Source: Octopus vulgaris
Taxonomy: Eukaryota
Reading direction: 5' to 3'
NCBI GenBank assembly: GCA_951406725.2
Contig: OX597821.1
Location: forward strand, 23,932,001 to 23,996,000
DNA: 64,000 nt
Positions 11,213-24,303 of this stretch are shown here, piece by piece (position 1 is the first letter of the stretch; each line of letters starts with the position of its first letter). The notes beneath the pieces are model-generated. The model ran no database searches, was not told the DNA's origin, and was given only the letters and a program-made list of their open reading frames with translations. The position numbers were made by a program, and so were the translations under genes.

Positions 11213-12602
11213 CTGGGAGAAAAGAGAAAAAAAAGAAAATGGTAACAATCAACAATTCAACTGTCTTTTGGGTGGTTGGTTTTTCAACTGTTGTTTTATT
11301 TGCATCATATGCGCAGGAGTGGCTGTGTGGTAAGTAGCTTGCTAACCAACTACATGGTTCCGGGTTCAGTCCCACTGCGTGGCATCTTGGGCAAGTGTCT
11401 TCTGATATAGCCCCGGGCCGACCAATGCCTTGTGAGTGGATTTGGTAGACGGAAACTGAAAGAAGCCTGTCGTATATATGTATATATATATGTATATGTA
11501 TGTATGTGTTTGTGTGTCTGTGTTTGTCCCCCTAGCATTGCTTGACAACCGATGCTGGTGTGTTTATGTCCCCGTCACTTAGCGGTTCAGCAAAAGAGAC
11601 CGATAGAATAAGTACTGGGCTTACAAAGAATAAGTCCCAGGGTCAATTTGCTCAACTAAAGGCGGTGCTCCAGCATGGCCACAGTCAAATGACTGAAACA
11701 AGTAAAAGAGAAAAAGAGAAAGAGAATATTATGTTTGTGAACTGAGTATTGTTAGTTATGGATTTCTGACAGCTTAATTGTTAGTTAACTGCATTCATGA
11801 AAGGTAACACTGACAAGGAAGTGTTAATGCAAATTGGACTGAGTCAATATCACACAAGGTATGTTTGCTTGAGACTTTTGTATAGTAGTCTTTCTTTTAT
11901 GTATACACACACATACAGATGTGTGTGTGTGCGTGTGTGTGCACACACATGTTTATGTGTGTACATATACATATATACAGATGTATATGTGTGCATATAT
12001 ACATATATATTAGATGAATATGCGTGGATATATACAAATATAACAGATGTATATGTGTATAAATATAAATACACAGATGTATGAATATATAAATCTATAT
12101 GTATTTATCTGTGTGTGTGTATATATATATGTGTGTGTGTGTGTATACATATATATATATACACACACATGTACACATAAGATCTCCACCTCCCTCTCTC
12201 ACAACACATGCAATTTGATTGTCCGTTATTAGTTAGTAAAAAAAAAGTTATGACCATTTTTGCATTAAAATAAGCAGACACACATGTACACACACATACA
12301 AGCATGCATACTCACAGACATAAGACCAGTTCTCAGACAGACACAGAACTGACCCTGGAGGGGTGGGAGGAGTCACTAAATCACTGAAAGGGTTACAAAC
12401 AAGAACGAAAGAACTTTGACTAACAAACAACCAACTGATTGTTTAACCAGTACATTAAACAAGTGATTGATTAGCAAGTTCGTTAAATTTTTAACCAATT
12501 GACTATCAATAAAGAAGTAGAATTGAACCTGTGCGTGTGTTATTACTTTTGGCATAATTACTCTCCTGAGATACAACAAAAGTATGTAATATACACATAT
12601 AT

Positions 12603-12640
12603 ACTAGCAGAAAGACCGCCCTCCAGGCGGTTTTCTTCTA
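12603..12640 (-). mobile_element. Helitron 3' end
   Basis: Minus strand CCGCCtggagGGCGG hairpin, then TCTTTCTG-CTAG|T. Confidence 0.55.
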
Positions 12641-13189
12641 GCCCCTTGATGATATTTTCACATTTGATTCTCAATTCTAATAATTTTTATATTTTACGTC
12701 TAATTATTTCTTAGTAAAATAGTGCCCACTTGCTTAGTAAAAATTTCTTTCACAGTGATAATCTCTCTTTTTTAAACAAACATCACAGTAGTCCAACAAC
12801 AGAGGGAGAAGCCATCTGTCAAGTTTTACCTTCACCTCAAAACAACAGAGATTTCAATTCAGCAGCCCATCTATAGCTTTGCAGTGTGTGTATGTGTGTG
12901 AAAGAGAGGTGGGAGAGAGAGAGAGAACATTACAAAGAATGAATGAAATAAACATGAAATGAAAAAAATTATATAAATAAAAGGGCATAAAAGATGTATA
13001 TGCCCCCGACTTCATTGCCTCATAACATCCAGAAAAATGGATACTTTTTAACAAAATTTTCTACCACTTCTCACTTCCACAAGTAACCACTAAGTCCACT
13101 CCTAAGTCTAAGTCCACTCCTATTCCTCTCATACTTCACTCTCTCCCTCTCAAACCTTAAACAACCATCATGAACTATCTTCTTTCATC

Positions 13190-13765
13190 CATCAGTCTTG
13201 TGCCTCCCTCCCCCAATTACCAGCTGCAATTCCTGTCTGTATTGGAGCATTTTTAAAGCAATCCTTAAACCTTAGTTTAGGCTTATGCGCTGGTCTCCTG
13301 CCATCTTCCAGCTTACCATAATATAGCTGCTTGGGCAGTCGCTCATCACTTATCCTTACCAAATGTCCCCACCACTTCAAACGACTTTGCAAAATTATTG
13401 ACACTATACTTCTATTGCCACTCCACTCAAGCACCTCCTTATTACTAATGGCCATTTTCCAGTTTATTCCCCAAATTTTTCTCAGACAGCATTAATGAAA
13501 TCATTCCAATTGCCTTACCTGCCTACAGTAAACAACCTATGCCTCACTTCCATCTAGCAAAGATGGGAGGACGCATGTGTTATACACCTTAACTTTAATT
13601 TGTGAAGATATATTATGTTGTTTCCACAGACGCCTATCAAGCCTACCAAAAGCACTACTAGCCCTACTGATTCTGTATGAAATTTCATCATCAAGACCAG
13701 CAGTGCTCAAGGTACTTCCTAAATAAATAAATCAAGGTACAGTCTCCAACCTTTGACCATTCACA
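13190..13765 (-). mobile_element. RTE-clade LINE fragment (RT C-terminus), degenerate
   Basis: RLKWWGHLVRISDERLPKQLYYGKLEDGRRPAHKPKLRFKD, preceded by a KVYNTCVLPSLL-like segment. Confidence 0.8.
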
Positions 13766-13814
13766 GTTATAAAAGGTTGCACATACATCTAGGAGGGAGT
13801 GGGCTGGTACATTT

Positions 13815-13914
<100 letters not shown>

Positions 13915-14011
13915 CATATATAGATACATATATACATGCATACATATATACATACATATATACATACATATATAGATACATATATACATGCATACATATA
14001 TACATACATAT

Positions 14012-14062
<51 letters not shown>

Positions 14063-14177
14063 TATATATACATATAAACATATATAAACATACATACATA
14101 AACATATATACATAAACATATATAAATATATATACATATAAACATATATATGAATAAATGAAAGAATGGAGGCGAAC

Positions 14178-14302
14178 AAAGATGTTAACAAAATTCCTTT
14201 ACTCTCGACATATGTTTCGAAGACAGCATGTTTTCCTTTGGAATGAAAATATGCTGTCTTCGAAACATATGTCGAGAGTAAAGGAATTTTGTTAACATCT
14301 TT
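14178..14302. repeat. Near-perfect palindrome (~58-bp arms) with hammerhead 3' halves (GAAA-CATATG-TC)
   Basis: AAAGATGTTAACAAAATTCCTTTACTCTCGACATATGTTTCGAAGACAGCAT followed by its reverse complement. Confidence 0.85.
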
Positions 14303-14576
14303 CATTTATTCATATACAACACACAAATTTCTGCACATGAGTTTCTGACGTGAATTTGCTACCCAGGTTTTGGTTAAACGAATTTTTCATGCTGACGATA
14401 AACATAGGATAATTCATTCACCTACTTAAATATAAATATATATAAACATATATATATTTAAATATATATAAACATATATATATAGAAACATATATATATT
14501 TAAATATATATAAACATATATATATAAATATATATATATAACCATATAACCATATATATAAGCATATATATATATA

Positions 14577-14614
<38 letters not shown>

Positions 14615-14934
14615 CACATATATATATATATACATATATATAAGTATACCGGAGAAAACACATACATGTGAAACAAGGTGGAAAAAAAGAGTACTCAAAT
14701 ACCAGGGGTAGAGTAATATGCTTTATTTTAAAGTATATATAAGTATGTGTGTATATATGTATATATATATATTTATAAACACACACACACACACATATAT
14801 ACAAGCATATATATAAATACATAAACATAAACATATATATATATATTTGTGTGTGTGTGTGCACACACACACACATAAGCACACAACTAGTAGTAGCAGT
14901 AGTAGTAGATTAGCAGATGAATTTATTTACTTAC

Positions 14935-15077
14935 GTCTTAGTAGTCATGTCACGACCAGAATTGGAAACATTTACAATTGGCATATTCTTCTTACCACAT
15001 GTATTACCAAAGCTGTCATACCCATACAGCAGTCGGTCTCCATCACCATTGGTGAAAGAGAATGCTGCTATGAAAAT
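14935..15077 (-). CDS. SLC44A1: SLC44A1/CTL1 coding exon 3 (IFIAAFSFTNGDGDRLLYGYDSFGNTCGKKNMPIVNVSNSGRDMTTK)
   Basis: tacAG acceptor, AC|GTAAG donor, 143 nt, phase 0/2. Contains the conserved RLxxGYDSxGNxCG motif. Confidence 0.95.
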
Positions 15078-16700
15078 CTGTAAAAAAATAAAAAGTGGTA
15101 ATATGAAAATATGAAACTCAAGTACTTCAGTAACCGTTCCCTGCTAGACATGTATATAGACAAATATAGATATATCAAATATCATACAATGTAATCATAA
15201 TGACCAAATAACCATTATGACCAGCTCCACTTGAAAAGTGCAAGAAAATTTCAAGAATAAAAAAAATTTCTCCTAAGGGTGACATGCCATTTAAGGAAAA
15301 GGACTGGGTTTTTTTTTCTTTTTTCTTGGGATATGAATTCAGTTGTAGATACAGTTTTCTGCCACAATAGGCTTCGTCAGCACAAAAATCATCCGAGCAT
15401 ATTTCCAATACCCAAAGGAATAGAAGACATTTATGGCCTATTTATAGACATATATGCATATTGGAAAAAGAAAGAAAAAACATGCTAAGAGAAATAACTC
15501 TGTGTGGCCAACTTATGACAACACTTTATTCTCAGGATTATCTCCCCTTCTCATATGAAGCTGGTCTCAATTGCCATTTGGTGATTGTAACACATCTACA
15601 GGCTGAGAAAAAGTTTAATGAATCAAAAATTTATGTTGTATGATATTTGATATACCTGTATTTGCCTACATTATTCAAATAAATCCACAAGCTACTCTGA
15701 GTTATTTCTCTGACCTCATTTTATTTGTTTAAGCCGGCCATATCCAGCCCAAATATTCTACATGTTTTATATTCAAATGGGCGATATCTAGCCTCTCACA
15801 CCAAACCTACATTGACATTCTAAAAATAAACAATCACATCATTGAAACCTCAAAGCTATAAGATAATGCTTGATTAATTCAAAACAATTTGAGTGAAAAA
15901 TTATTACATTTAACAGAGTAATCTGAACACTAAAGGGTTATGGGTTAAATTATTGTGAACTGCACTGTTGAGTGTTAAGTAATTTGGCCACAGACATAAC
16001 AACGTGCCAATTATAAGATGTGAACTAGCAACCTCGTAGATCATGGTTTGCTTTACTATCAGCTTAGATAACTCCAAAAAACCTATGGATGACACATACC
16101 CATACATAAAAATTAAGAAGAAACATTGAGAAAATACTTTATATTGTTTGTGACAATATACTGGAAAAAATAAAATTAGTTTGGATTAAAATTATAATAG
16201 AATAAAATTAATCTTAACTAGAATTATTTACTAAAATTGAGGTCAGCTGCATAAAGAAATGCTGAGTTGTAATTGTGGAGGGTACCTGTGGAAGGGTAGA
16301 CCCAGAAAGTCGTGGGACAAAGTGGTGAGAACAGATCTTCCGATGCTGGGCCTCACTGAGGAGATGACAAGGGACCAGGGAGATGTGATATAAAATGCAA
16401 AACATTGCCAGATAAGACCGGAGCCTGGTGCAGCCTTCTGGCTTTCCAGATCCCCAGTCGAACCGTCCAACCCATGCTAGCATGGAGAACGGACGTTAAA
16501 TGATGATGATGATGATGATGATGAAATATGATACAAAATACACATACACACAAGAATATATATATAAAATACACACAAGAATATATATATACACATATAT
16601 ATACACTTTATATATATATAAATATATATATATATATTCTTGTGTATGTGTATTTTGTTTCATATATTTGCATTTTATATTTTTATAATTGTACTTTATA

Positions 16701-16835
16701 ATCTCTGACGAGGCCTTGAGATATATATATATATATATATAGTAGCTCATTTTTAAGTGCATATTACCTCAATACATCTGACTAATATAGGCACAATGAG
16801 ATACCTTTATCTATAGGCTGAAACAGCTGTAAGAT
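16701..16835 (+). ncRNA. Type I hammerhead ribozyme motif with ~100-nt stem II insertion
   Basis: ATCT-CTGACGA-GGCCT...AGGCT-GAAA-CAGCTG-TA-AGAT. A homologous copy lies at 46136-46262. Confidence 0.75.
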
Positions 16836-17183
16836 CCATTTTATATGTATTATTTTTATGGTATTATCTTACTTATTGATGTATATTGTGTTATTCTGCT
16901 TTATTCTGTTGGATTTGGATGTTCCTATTTAAGTAGTTAATAAATAATATGAATTGGTATTATCTGTAAGTTGATGATTGAAATGAATCTGTTCCTCCAT
17001 TTTCTTATTTGTATTATGATTTTGAGGTAAAATATTTTACCTTCGCCCATCTAATGCAATAAATGAACTGACTGCATTGCAATTGTAAGCATTTATGTAT
17101 TAGCCTTTTGGGTACTTCACTAGCAGTATATTGGATAACTGATATCCCATAGTGGGTTACACCCATAACCCCTATCTCACTTT

Positions 17184-17266
<83 letters not shown>

Positions 17267-17585
17267 CAGGCTTCTTTCCGTTTCCGTCTACCAAATCCCC
17301 TCACAAGGCTTTGGTTGACCCGAGGCCATAGTAGAAGACACTTACCCAAGATGCCACGCAGTGGGACTGAACCCGGAACCATGTGGTTCGTAGGCAAGCT
17401 ACTTACCACACACCCACTCCTATGCCTATACTTACTTTTGGAATAATATTCTAGCGTAGGTGTGAGAGAATGCATCTGGTAAATTTGAACATCTAACATA
17501 GTGTATTTGGACTGGATGAGGCCAGTTTAAATGTTAAAGAGTTAAAAACAAATTAGAATGAGCTTATTTTTCTGTTATTACTTAC

Positions 17586-17687
17586 CATGCCAATCCAGAA
17601 GAGGAGGAATACCACTAAACAGAAGATATCTGTACATCCTCTGTTATGTACGGGACTACTCAGATCGCTAACGTACTCCTCTTTCTT
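17586..17687 (-). CDS. SLC44A1: SLC44A1/CTL1 coding exon 2 (KKEEYVSDLSSPVHNRGCTDIFCLVVFLLFWIGM)
   Basis: tgcAG acceptor, ATG|GTAAG donor, 102 nt, phase 0/0. R-x-CTD motif followed by TM1, characteristic of the SLC44 family. Confidence 0.93.
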
Positions 17688-19126
17688 CTGCAACAAAATA
17701 AATACATAAATAAATAAAAATCAAGGAAACCATTTAAAAAAAAAGATTACACTAATCTAAAACTGGTTGACAACTTATCATAGCACTTGAAGATAAATAT
17801 TATAAGTACAAAAAAAACAAAAAAACCACTTAACATTGATTGAATAAAGCTTGTGTTTATACACACATACATACATACACCAGTTAAAGACAGATATTTT
17901 AAATACATAAAAACCATTTAACATTGATTGAATAGTGTGTGTGCATATATATATATATTGTGCCGGTGGCACGTAAAAAGCACCATCTGAATCGTGGCCG
18001 ATGCCAGTGCCACCTCGACTGGCTTCCGTTCCGGTGGCACGTAAAATGCACCAATCCGACCGTGGCTGCTGCCAGCCTCACCTGGCACCTGTGCAGGTGG
18101 CACGTAAAAAGCACCCACTACACTCATGGAGTGGATGGCATTAGGAAGGGCATCCAGCTGTAGAAACATTGCCAGATAAGACTGGAGCCTGGTGCAGCCT
18201 TCTGGCTTCCCAAATCCCCGGTCGAACCGTCCAACCCATGCTAGCATGGAGAACGGACATTAAACGATGATGATGATATATATATATATATATCATATAT
18301 ACACATATATATGCCTATATATGAACGCAGAACATAGTGGCAGACAAAATACTGCTAATGATTCTGCCAGCTTGCCACAATAATAATGATAATACTAAAT
18401 GCCCTGGTGCAGTACCAAGAAGTGGCTCTCATTGGCTTTTGATCTTAACTGATTGGAACTGTTATCATGTACATTTTGTCTTGGTGTAAAAGATGGGCTA
18501 CAGCAAATATTCTGCTCAACACCACAGATTTGCTTATCAGTTGCTTGACTGTAACCATTTGAGCATGTCTCTTGGCGGCTGATGATATGTGCATCTCTGA
18601 TCACAAGCAGAATTAGTCAGGGAGCTTCCTAGCATTGTGTTGAGAGGAATTCTTTGGGTTCAAATAATTCACCTCTGTAAATATGGGTGTTCCCTTCATC
18701 ATCCTTAAATATATATATATATATTTTTATATACTCTGCTGAGTGGTTGGTGTTAGTAAGGGCATCCAGCTGTAAAAATTCTGCCAAAACGGTCACAGAC
18801 GTCTGGTGCAGGCTTCACCCATGCCAAACCATCCCACCCATGCCAGCATTGAAGGTGGACATTAAACAATGATGATGATATGGATACATAACATTACACT
18901 ACTTTGTAATTGATCTCCACATGAACTGATAGCTGAGTCCATAAGAAAAGCTTACTGTGGTAGCCACACAATTATTTGAAGCCATATCTTATACTACTCA
19001 TTTGTGTGTGTGTGTGTGTGTGTGTGCACAAGGATTAAAAAAAAGGCAGCAACAGTAACAAGAAATAACCACATCAATAACATCAACTGCAACAGCAGCA
19101 GTAACAACAAGATCAATTTATACTAC

Positions 19127-19156
19127 CTTATCGTCTTCACATCCACAACATCCCAT
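19127..19156 (-). CDS. SLC44A1: Choline transporter-like protein 1, first coding exon (MGCCGCEDDK); exon starts at 19171 with 15 nt of 5' UTR
   Basis: Minus strand: polypyrimidine tract + tttcAG acceptor, ATG at 19156, AAG|GTAGTA donor; phase 0. The MGCC N-terminus matches CTL1 proteins. Confidence 0.85.
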
Positions 19157-20530
19157 TCTGCTATATCTTGGCTGAAATGAAAGAAAGAAAAGAGAAAAAA
19201 TGTGAAAAAGTAGAACTAAATTAGATCCATACCCACCACCAACACCACTGCAAGTACCACCACCACCACTGCAAGTACCACCACCACCACCATTGCCACC
19301 GCCACTACCACTACCACCACCACCGCCATCACCAACAACATTTACCAGAACCACTATCATCACATCCTCCACCACCACCACCATCATTAACATCATCACC
19401 ATCATCAACATTACAACAATCATCATCACCACTACCATTATATATGTATGCTGAGACCATGAATACTAACTGTACATGGTCTACTACCACTGCTGCCATT
19501 ACTTGTGCACTCACCACCACCAGCACCACCACCACTGCTGCCATTACCATTATGTAATACAGTCAGGACCATGCTGGGGTACTGCCATGAGGAATTTTAA
19601 TTGAACTAATTGGCCCTAGTGCTTATTTTCTGTTTAAGCCTAGTACTTATCCTGTCGGGCCTTTTGCTGAACTGTTAAGTTACAGGGATGTAAACACACC
19701 AACGCCTGTTATCAAGTAGAGGTGGGGGGGACAAACACAGACACAAACACACACACACACACACACACGTGATGGGCTTCTTTCAGTTTCTGTCAACCAA
19801 ATCCACTCACAAGGCTTTGTCAGCCTCAGGCTATTGCAGAAGACACTTTCCCAAGATGCCACACAGTGAGACTGAACCCAGAACCATGTAATTATGAAGC
19901 AGACTTCTTACCACACAGCCACAAATGAAAACGGGAATGCTTCTTTTGCTAACCAACCACATGGTTCCGGGTTCAGTCCCACTGCGTGGCATCCTGGGCA
20001 AGTGTCTTCTGCTATAGCCCCGGGCCGACCAATGCCTTGTGAGTGGATTTGGTAGACGAAAACTATAAGAAGCCTGTCGTATATATGTATATATGTATGT
20101 GTATGTGTGTGTGTTTGTGTGTCTGTGTTTGTCCCCCTAGCATTGCTTGACAACCGATGCTGGTGTGTTTATGTCCCCGTCACTTAGCGGTTCGGCAAAA
20201 GAGTATGATAGAATAAGTACTGGGCTTACAAAAGAATAAGTCCCGGGGTCGATTTGCTCGACTAGAGGTTGTGCTCCAGCATGGCCGCAGTCAAATGACT
20301 GAAACAAGTAAAAGAGTATAGGATCAGTATTGATATATTTGAATGTACCTATGAATGTGTAATTCTCTTCAAGGAGCCGCTTTGGTATGGTTTCTATGGT
20401 TGGATGCCCTTTCCAAAGCCAACCACTTAACAAAGTGTACAAAGTGCTTTTTTTTTTTAATTGCATGACACCTGCACAAGCATTGGTGTGGTCAGCAAAT
20501 AAATTGCAAGCTAAAGAAAAAGACCCCCAC

Positions 20531-20940
20531 CACCTATTTCTTTACTACCCACAAGGGGCTAAACACAGAGGGGACAAACAAGGACAGACAAACGGATTAA
20601 GTCGATTACATCGACCCCAGTGCATAACTGGTACTTATTTAATCGACCCTGAAAGGATGAAAGGCAAAGTCGACCTCGGCGGAATTTGAACTCACAACAT
20701 AAAAACAGACGAAATACCTATTTCTTTACTACCCACAAGGTGCTAAACACAGAGGGGACAAACAAGGACAGACAAACGGATTAAGTCGATTACATCGACC
20801 CCAGTGCGTAACTGGTACTTATTTAATCGACCCCGAAAGGATGAAAGGCAAAGTCAACCTCGGCGGAATTTAAACTCAGAATGTAACGGCAGACGAAATA
20901 CGGCTACGCATTTCGCCCGGTGTGCTAACGTTTCTGCCAC
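20531..20940 (-). mobile_element. Tandem dimer of Nin-domain SINE family B (well preserved)
   Basis: Two near-identical ~185-bp units. A similar multimer lies at 28525-29125 and a degenerate array at 51845-52795. Confidence 0.85.
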
Positions 20941-21525
20941 ACCACCACCTCCATTGAGTGAGGTTGTATAAGAGAGGGAGGTGGCTTTATGGCGCCAGGT
21001 GTTATTCTGAGGCTAAAGTATAACAGGGACAGGTACATGTGTCTTCACAATAGAGGAGATACATGACTATCCCGTATTATATAAGTGGCTGGGAGTAGCT
21101 GGAAATAGAGCTAAAGATGGTGGTGTGTGTATCTTTTTTTTTTTCTCTTTTTTTATTTGTTTCAGTCATTTGACTGCGGCCATGCTGGAGCACCGCCTTT
21201 TTTTTTTAATCGAGCAACTCGACCCCGGGACTTCGGTTGTCAATGCTAGGGGGACAAACACAGACACACAAACACACCAACGGATATATATATATATACA
21301 TATATACGACGGGCTTCTTTCAGTTTCCGTCTACCAAATCCACTCACAAGGCTTTGGTCGGCCCGGGGCTATAGTAGAAGACACTTGCCCAAGGTGCCAT
21401 GCAGTGGGACTGAACCCGGAACCATGTGGTTGGTAAACAAGCTACTTACCACAGTGCATTTCTCTTCATTTGTGGTCAGTACTGGACTGTATTTTATACT
21501 ACTATTTTGTACTACTAACTATATA

Positions 21526-22814
21526 CGAGGGACGTTCAATAAGTAATGCCTCTGACCCATTTGCAGTTGTTTGATCTAGCTGAAATTTTGCATGTGCAAT
21601 CATTTATATCTCTATAGAGTAGGTGGCAAATTACAGCTCTGAATTAATTGTGGTTTCTGATTTACAGGTGTTTGAACCGAGTCAAGTGTGAAATGGAGCC
21701 TGTTGAGTGTCGAGCAGTGATCCGGTTTTTGTATTTGAAAGGACGCACACCACGGGAGACTTTTGATGAAATGAAAGTAACTTATGGTGATGATGCCCCA
21801 TCATATGACCTTGTAAAACGCTGGCATCGTGAAATCAAACATGGTCGGAACTCTGTGGAAACAGCTCCCAGATCTGGTCACCCCTTCTGCCATTGATGAG
21901 GCATCCATCCGTCAAGTTGAGGCTGCCATTTTGGAAGATCGACGCATAATTATTCGCCAAATAGCCCATGAGGTCAAGATTAGTACCGGGTCTGTGGAAA
22001 CTATCATTCATGACCATTTGCATATGAAAAGGTGTCTGCCAGATGGATTCCCAGGTTGCTCACGCCTTTCCAGAAGCAAGAACGCGTCGAGTGCTCGAGG
22101 GTGAATTTGGAGATGTGCCAAGAAGATGAGTCAAAATTTTTCAAAAGACTGATTACACAGGATGAAACCTGGGTCCATCACGATGATCCAGAGACCAAAG
22201 CCCAGTCAATGCAGTGGAAGCACCGTGACTCACCCCCTCCAAAGAAGGCAAGGGTGCAGCCCTCCACTGGCAAGGTCATGCTCACAGTCTTCTGGGACCA
22301 GGACAGAGTAGTGATGACAGATTTCCTGGCAAAGGGTACCACAATTGCAGGAGCCTATTATGCTTCACTTTTGAGGAAATTAAGAGAAGTTATCAAAATC
22401 AAGAGGCGGGGCAAGATCAGTAAAGGCATCCTGCTCCTGCAGGACAACGCTCCGGTCCACAACTCGCTTGTCGCCAGATCAGAAGCACAGGCGTATGGCT
22501 ATGAACTCCTCCCCCATCCCCCTACTTTCCTGACCTTGCACCCTCTGATTTTCACCTCTTCCCAGTCATGAAGTTGTTTTTGAAAGGAAAGCGTTTCCCA
22601 GATGATGCAGCCTTGATTTCTGAAGTCACGTTCAGGTTGGAGGACCAAGCTGGGGTCTTCTACAAAAACGGTCTCCAGAGCTGCATCAAACAATGGGAGA
22701 AATGCGTAACTCTGGGTGGTTCCTATGTAGAAAAAGACTAATAACTGTGCCAAGTTTCGTTGCTCTACTGCTATGGGAAGTGGGTCAGGGGCATTACTTA
22801 TTGAACGCCCCTCG
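21526..22814 (+). mobile_element. Full-length mariner (DD34D) element; transposase 21693-22741 disrupted by about 3 frameshifts
   Basis: TA|CGAGGGACGTTCAATAAGTAATGCC ... GGCATTACTTATTGAACGCCCCTCG|TA. Motifs WIPRLL, TQDETW, QDNAPVH, PDLAPSDF; 34 residues between the last two aspartates after frame repair. Confidence 0.95.
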
Positions 22815-23012
22815 TACATCAATGTTTGAAATATATTGTATTACATATAGATGCAGATGTGGCTGTGTGGTAAGAAGTTTACTTTTCCCACCTCATGGTT
22901 CTGGGTTCAATCTCACTGCATGGCATCTTAGGCAAATGTTTTCTATCATAGCCTCCAGATTGACCAAAGCCTTGCGAGTGGATTTGATAGACGGAAACTG
23001 AAAGCTGCCAGT

Positions 23013-23049
<37 letters not shown>

Positions 23050-23982
23050 ATGTGTGTGTGTGTGTGTGCACGTGTGTGTGTGTGCATGTGTATGCCTGTT
23101 TTTGTATCCATCCCCCACAACTGTGTGATAACAACTGGTGTTGGTTTGATTACATCCCCATAACTCAGTGATTCAGTAAAAGAAACTAACAGAATAAGTA
23201 TCAGACTTCAATAAATAAATACTGGGGTCAATTCGTTTGATGAAAACCCTTGAACATAGTGCCCCAGCATGGCCATAGGTCAATGAATGAAACATATAAA
23301 AGATAAAAGATGAAGAGATATAACAATGTGTGTGGTGGTTGCTATTGGTTTCACATTTTGGCACAAGGCAGCAATTTTGTAGTAGAGGTAAATCAATTAC
23401 ATCAGCCCCGAGGCTCAACTGGTATTTATTTTATCAACCCCTAAAGTCGACCTCAGCAGAATTTGAAGTCGGAATTTAAACACATCAAGCTAAATAAAAT
23501 CACTGTCTTCCACAGACATGTGGGCTTGTCTTTTCAGGTGCCAATGTCACATAAAAGGCATCTGTGCCAGTGGCACGTAGAAAGCACTCAACACACTCTG
23601 TAAAGTGGTTGGCATTTAGGAAGGGCATCCAGCCACAGAAACCATGCCACAACAGATAACTGGAGTCTGGACAGTTCCCCAGCTAGCCAGCCTCCATGTC
23701 AAACTATCCAACCCATGCTAGCATGGAAAGCAGCTGTTAAACGATGATGACAATGATGATGAACATACATATGGACGAAATTCCACTAAGCATCCCGCCT
23801 GGGATGCTAATGGTTCTGCCAGTTTTCTGTCTTTATATGCAATCAATATTGAAATGTATTTTATACTGCTATTATTATAACCAACAGTATCTGAAAAAAT
23901 ATATTATGCTGTTATGCACAAGTGTATGTGAATGTACTAACTACCAATATCTGACAAATATTGTATTGGTATATAACTATAA

Positions 23983-24021
<39 letters not shown>

Positions 24022-24024
<3 letters not shown>

Positions 24025-24251
24025 TTTATTTAAAGCAGCAGAAAATACAACAAAACCTGTTACTCTGAGTTTCACGTTGCTGTTCATCGGACAGTTTTTG
24101 CTAGCAAAAACTGTCCGAAGAACGGCAACGGGAAACTCAGAGTAACAGGTTTTGTTGAATTTTCTGCTGCTTTAAATAAAGCATATTACTCTACCTCTGG
24201 TATTTGAGAACTCTTTTTTCCACCTTGTTTCACATTTATGTGCTTACTCCA

Positions 24252-24252
<1 letters not shown>
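24022..24252. mobile_element. (TA)n-flanked fold-back element with two head-to-head hammerhead motifs (24057-24094 minus, 24111-24148 plus)
   Basis: Plus: CTGT-CCGAAGA-ACGgcaaCGG-GAAA-CTCAGAG-TA-ACAG, mirrored on the minus strand. Relatives at 55258-55430, 57205-57355 and 14642-14733. Confidence 0.75.
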
Positions 24253-24303
<51 letters not shown>

